A stretch of DNA of 64,000 bases from Macrostomum lignano (lineage: Eukaryota). A model generated the notes under the pieces. It had not been told where the DNA came from. It saw only the letters and a list, made by a program, of their open reading frames with translations, and made no database searches. The DNA lies in the NCBI GenBank assembly GCA_002269645.1, contig NIVC01000974.1, forward strand, positions 124,001 to 188,000, given 5' to 3'. Below are positions 59,901-64,000 of the stretch, piece after piece. Position 1 is the first letter of the stretch, and the number at the start of each line of letters is the position of its first letter. The position numbers and the translations under genes are program-made.

Positions 59901-62900
59901 GCACGAATGCAAGAACAGCCTGCAACCGGCTCTGGACGTCATCGTCGGGTGGTGCAAGAGATGGAAGGTCGTGCTCAGCCCCGAGAAATGCAGCTACAGC
60001 ACCTTCACGCTAACCCCGGCCGAGAACAGAGGCAAAACACGACTCGACCTCAACATCGACGGAGCCCCACTGCGGTTCGAGGCGACCCCGACCTTCCTAG
60101 GCGTCAAATTCGATTACCACCTCGGCTTTGGAGAGCACGCCAAGGACATCAGACGCAGAATGGTAGCTAGACGCCGACCGATCCAGATGCTCGCAGACAG
60201 ACAAACGGGCGCCGACCAAAGAACACTGTGCGCAGCCTACATCGCAACCTGCCGCTCCATTGCGGACTACGGCAGTGCCATCTGGCTAACGAGCGCAGCC
60301 CCAAGCAACCGGGCCCTCGTTGAGCGCCAACAGAACGCGTGCGCACGCTTAATCACTGGCTGCGTAATGCCCTCCCGGACGGACAAACTGCTGGCCGTCG
60401 CCAACCTGCCGCTCCTCCATCACGTCGCCGCGGAAAGGGCTGTCAACCTCCGCGAGAGGATGGCCAGACTACCGGCCGATATTCCAGTGCACCAATCAGC
60501 AACCGCAACCCAGCGACCAAGACTCAAAAACCGGACCTACGAAGCCGCACGGAACACCCCGACCGACGGCGGCCGGCGCCAAGAACGCATTCCGGACGCG
60601 CTCTCGGACGCCAACCACCCGTTCCACGCCTGCTGGCGGCGCATCGCACAAGAACTGGACTGCAACGCCACGCTTAAGGCCCACCCAAGAGCACCAGCGG
60701 CAACCGGCCCAGCACCGTGGACCATCGACAACAGCCTTGAAGTCCGCTTCGACACGTCGGCCACCAAAGAAACATCACGTCAAATGTCAGCAGAACTCCG
60801 CGCAGCCTACGCTGAACCAACCGTGTCCCGTCTCACGGACCACGTCATCTGGACCGACGGTTCGGTCGAGGACGGCTTCAGAAGCGGCGGAGGAGCAGCA
60901 TGAGTAAGAGATCTGCATGAGTACACCAGCTACAAAGTTCAGGGAAAGAAAGATCATGGTGAAGAATGGCTACCAGAACGGGGCTTACGTGAGGGATGCC
61001 CCACGTCTCCGGTCCTGTTCAATATATTCCACCAAGCATGCATTAGACTATTAGAAGACAGAACCAGAGCAGCCGAAAGGAATGCCACACCACGCGGTAT
61101 CGAATGGCAATGGCTCCCGGGTCCCTCAGTGCCACCTCAGAGGATCAACCAATTTAACTCCGAAATGAGAGGACACCAGTTTCGGACATCCCTCTTCGCA
61201 GATGACACAACCATCATGGGTAAACGGAACGAATTGGAACAAGGTCTTGAAATAACTAAAAATGGATGAGCGAATTTGAAGAAAACACCTATGACGACAA
61301 GCAAGAGGAGATGGTGATGGGGACGACAGGAGGGAAAATAAGAATGCTGGGCTCATGGCCAAGGACGCCAGGAAGACACAAAAAACAAAATCCAACGAGC
61401 AGCACACAGCTGGAGCATTGGAATGCGCGCGGCAGGCCTGATAGGGGCAAGGATCAGTGTATTGCAAGATAACATGAGAGACAGAGACGAGAGGAGAGTG
61501 CGAGCCAGGACCCAGTGGAAACTGAGGACCATCCGAGAAAAGCCAGAGCCGAGATGGACTGAGAACAGAACACATAAAGAAGGCGAGAGAAGGGAGGCGA
61601 CGTTGGAGGAGAGTAAGGAGGAGGGAGATGAAAAACTTCGAAAAGAACAAAAAATCACTAAGACATGTTTAAAAATGAAGGGTCATGCTGCTAACAGAAC
61701 TGAATAAAGACAGCCAAGGGGTTCGAACCTTCCAGCACGGAAACAAAGAAGCAACAGTAGCATACTCGTACACCAACAAAGTGGGAATCTTGCTAGACGA
61801 GGAAAGCTTATCCCTATGGAGAATGTCCGGTCGCAAGATTACATACAGCGGAGCGAACGATCGCGATCGAGATAGGCAATTTCGAACTTATTGCCATCTA
61901 CCAACCGGTCAAAGAATCCGAGGACTACAACATAAAAAACCAAATTATCCGGGACGCAATCACCAGGATGATTTAATCACCCGAAACAGTTTGGGCAAAC
62001 TCGTTCTTCAGTAAGAAGCGGATGGGCACCTGGAAGAAACCGCATAGCAAACGCTGGTGGGAGGTGGGAGGAAGTGTCCGTTTTCTGGTCAATGAGGCCA
62101 TCCGCAAACAGTTGTCGCGATCCCGCAATTCTATTCTGGGATCCAGCCAACAAACGGGAAGCCAAGGCCAGGGAGAAAATGTCTTAAGGTCTCCGAGTCA
62201 GCTTGAAACAGACTTGGCAGCCAGTCAAGTAACGGCAGACCGACTCGCCAGGACAATGCGGACCATTCTCTCCGCAAGCCATTTGATACTACGAGCAATC
62301 AATTTAATACCCTGTGGGACCTGATCTCTGGCCTATCCTCAAATTTTACGTTGTCGAATAATTTTGAATTAGTAAAAGTAAATTTGTAAAAATGTTTCTT
62401 CACATCCTTACTACATTCGGAGCAACAACGGATGTTGCAGCGATGAGAATGGTTTCTATTCGACAATAAATGGTAGACTTACGATGACTGCAGCCAATCT
62501 ATGAACTTTTCGATACGTTTCTTCTTATCAAATGTTGCGTCATTTCGCTAATTTACACTCCTTTCCTATTTTACCTACGTCATCTCTCTGAAATGACTCT
62601 GGGGCGACGCAAGTGACTCAGGGACGCTTCCAGGCCTACGTGCCGTTTTAATCGACTTTACTCATTCCTTAGTTACAGAAACAATTGGATTTCATAAATC
62701 GCCAGTCAGGCCTTCGTGTCCGTAGCCAAAGGACCTACCACCCAACAAGACAGTTCAGCACATTCACTGAAGACGACCTGCTCACGAAGTCGTTGACGGG
62801 CCTGCGTGGCGGAGAAGTCGCTGGACGCGGTACAATACTTTTTAATATGGATTGTGAAGGAAAATTTACCACTTTCCCAGGTGCAGATTATGCCTTCCCG

Positions 62901-63682
62901 GGAACAGCAATTGAAGACATCAGTTAAAGGCATGTATTTTACTAAAGGTAAGGATCTCGCGTCAAAAAGTTGAACACCCTGTGTGAGTGCGTGCCTGTAT
63001 GTATATGTGCGTGCTCAGGGGTCAGCGGACTGGGCTGCGAGCCGACTATCGCCTTGACTTACGGCAAAAATAGCAAAGCAGAGAGTTGCAATAGAAATCT
63101 GCACTCACTCCTCCCGGTACTTCTCGGGCAGCAGGAGAACTGGCAGGCCGGGATAAACGTAGGCGATGCACAGCAGCCGCTTTTTCACCTCAGCAGGCAA
63201 ACTCAGCTGCCGCTTTGACGCCGATGCGCTGCACTTTGCCGACTCGACCATGGCGTTGCTGGCGACCCGCAGGCACCGCTTCGAGTCCAAGACGAGCCGA
63301 CCGGACAGCGCCAGGTTGACGGCCACCTCCTCGGCCGAGCTGCGGTCGAACAGGTCCAGCGGAAACGGCTGCTTGTAGAAGATCTCGAAGGATTGGGCCA
63401 AGTGGGCTGGACGCAGAGGCATCGACAGGCGCTCGGCGGCCACGCGCACCAGCTCGACAATCGACTCGACGGCCTCCGCCTGCTTCGCCGAGCGTTCGGC
63501 ATCGCGCTGCCCTTGCAGCTGCAGCTGGCGCTGACGCTCGCGCTCCTCCTCGCGCTTCTGTCTTCGTTGACGTTCGCGCTCCTCGTAGCGCTTGCGCTCG
63601 CGCTGCAGCTGACGCTCAAGCTCCTCCTCGAGCTCCTCGCGCTTCATCTGGCGTTCCTTCTCGCTTATGATTATTTCGTTTG
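53960..63682 (-). CDS. LOTUS (OST-HTH)-LOTUS-extended Tudor protein, TDRD5/TDRD7-like, 5'-partial, >=1007 aa in window; exons 63682-63109, 57682-56932, 56857-56765, 56676-56604, 56494-55541, 55442-55368, 54675-54391, 54263-54151, 54064-53960
   Basis: LOTUS-like VESIVELVRV..HLAQSFEIFYKQPFPLDLFDRSSAEEV, and EVKKRLLCIAYVYPGLPVLLLPEKYREE|FKCDLPSFSSMGCNNLLDLLRQIPGIV joined across a phase-2 intron. Extended Tudor GRFFVIP..QLCVA..RVRIV..DVDYGE..HAILCRLA. All eight introns GT-AG and phase-compatible. The 3' exon chain is hand-predicted only. Confidence 0.8.
54776..55301. mobile_element. MITE-like element with ~28-bp imperfect terminal inverted repeats, in an intron of the LOTUS-Tudor gene
   Basis: TTACGAGATTGCGATGACTCGTGCG at ~54776-54800 versus CGCACGAGTCATCGCAGTCTCGGTAA at ~55276-55301 (15-bp perfect core); TA at both outer edges. 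Confidence 0.6.
55690..56340 (-). repeat. Coding tandem repeat: 15-bp units (YEQQD/YERQD) and 18-bp units (ADEEQQ/ADDEQQ)
   Basis: Lies inside the phase-compatible 954-bp exon of the LOTUS-Tudor gene; unit lengths preserve the frame. Confidence 0.85.
58060..58935 (+). mobile_element. LINE ORF2 C-terminal fragment (post-RT region plus CCHC knuckle)
   Basis: RTLACLSARSWGW, LRTTPVEALHLEAG and CTRCGLEAETLEHVMECP in shifting frames. Confidence 0.75.
58936..60900 (+). mobile_element. Decayed LINE (I/R1/LOA-like) RT with the start of RNase H
   Basis: KSPSDDQVTNEMLK, SYRPVALTSCIAKV, QAGFRKGRSC, LDFSRAYDRVW, GLPQGSVLAPLLW, YADDSA, PTFLGVKFD, then IWTDGS (RNase H), where it breaks off. Contains frameshifts and a stop. 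Confidence 0.9.
60901..62325 (+). mobile_element. Third, unrelated LINE RT fragment
   Basis: GLREGCPTSPVLFNIF and SLFADDTTIMG at ~60980-61220, followed by decayed downstream ORF2-like frames. Confidence 0.75.
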
Positions 63683-64000
63683 CTGCATGGGACAAAAAAT
63701 TGCACTGCTAGAGCTAATAATTAAATAATAATAAATTAATACCAATAGTTGGTTATTACAAATAGATACGCTCGTAAGAAATAGTCTAACAATTTTATGT
63801 AGACAAAAATTTTAACAATTTCTAATCTTTCATATTTTATTTGCATACATTGGTTGCTCCCATTAGACCGCAACAACGTACGGTTCGCTGGGAGACATTC
63901 TATGGAGTGATGCTTGGCTTGGCTTATAGCCACAGCATAAATACGACGTACGCATTAATTATAAAGTTCTGCTGAAGACACTTAGCAAGTACAAGTTTGG

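Overview
Eukaryotic (metazoan) genomic DNA with GC-rich exons, GT-AG introns and about 20 unrelated mini/microsatellite arrays. The gene mix (USP, MVP, Abl, LOTUS-Tudor) and repeat load suggest a lophotrochozoan, possibly a free-living flatworm such as Macrostomum (inference only). I built six genes by hand, checking splice phases: a 3-exon tandem-C2 synaptotagmin-like gene (-), 6-exon major vault protein (+), intronless universal stress protein (-), intronless SEC61 gamma (+), 8-exon Abl kinase (+), and the last 9 exons of a LOTUS-LOTUS-Tudor (TDRD5/7-like) gene (-) that runs off the right edge. Mobile DNA: a decayed LINE, an internally deleted Tc1 with intact TIRs, hAT MITEs with 8-bp TSDs, a SINE, a truncated Ty3/Gypsy in Abl intron 1, and three stacked LINE fragments in the intron that splits a LOTUS domain. 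Best leads: (1) the LOTUS-Tudor protein has a degenerate Tudor cage, a Tyr-periodic acidic repeat and a C-terminal PAM2-like motif; (2) the Abl kinase has a natural Ala gatekeeper, a remodelled SH2-kinase linker and no recognisable actin-binding tail. No database searches were run; protein identities rest on motif recognition.
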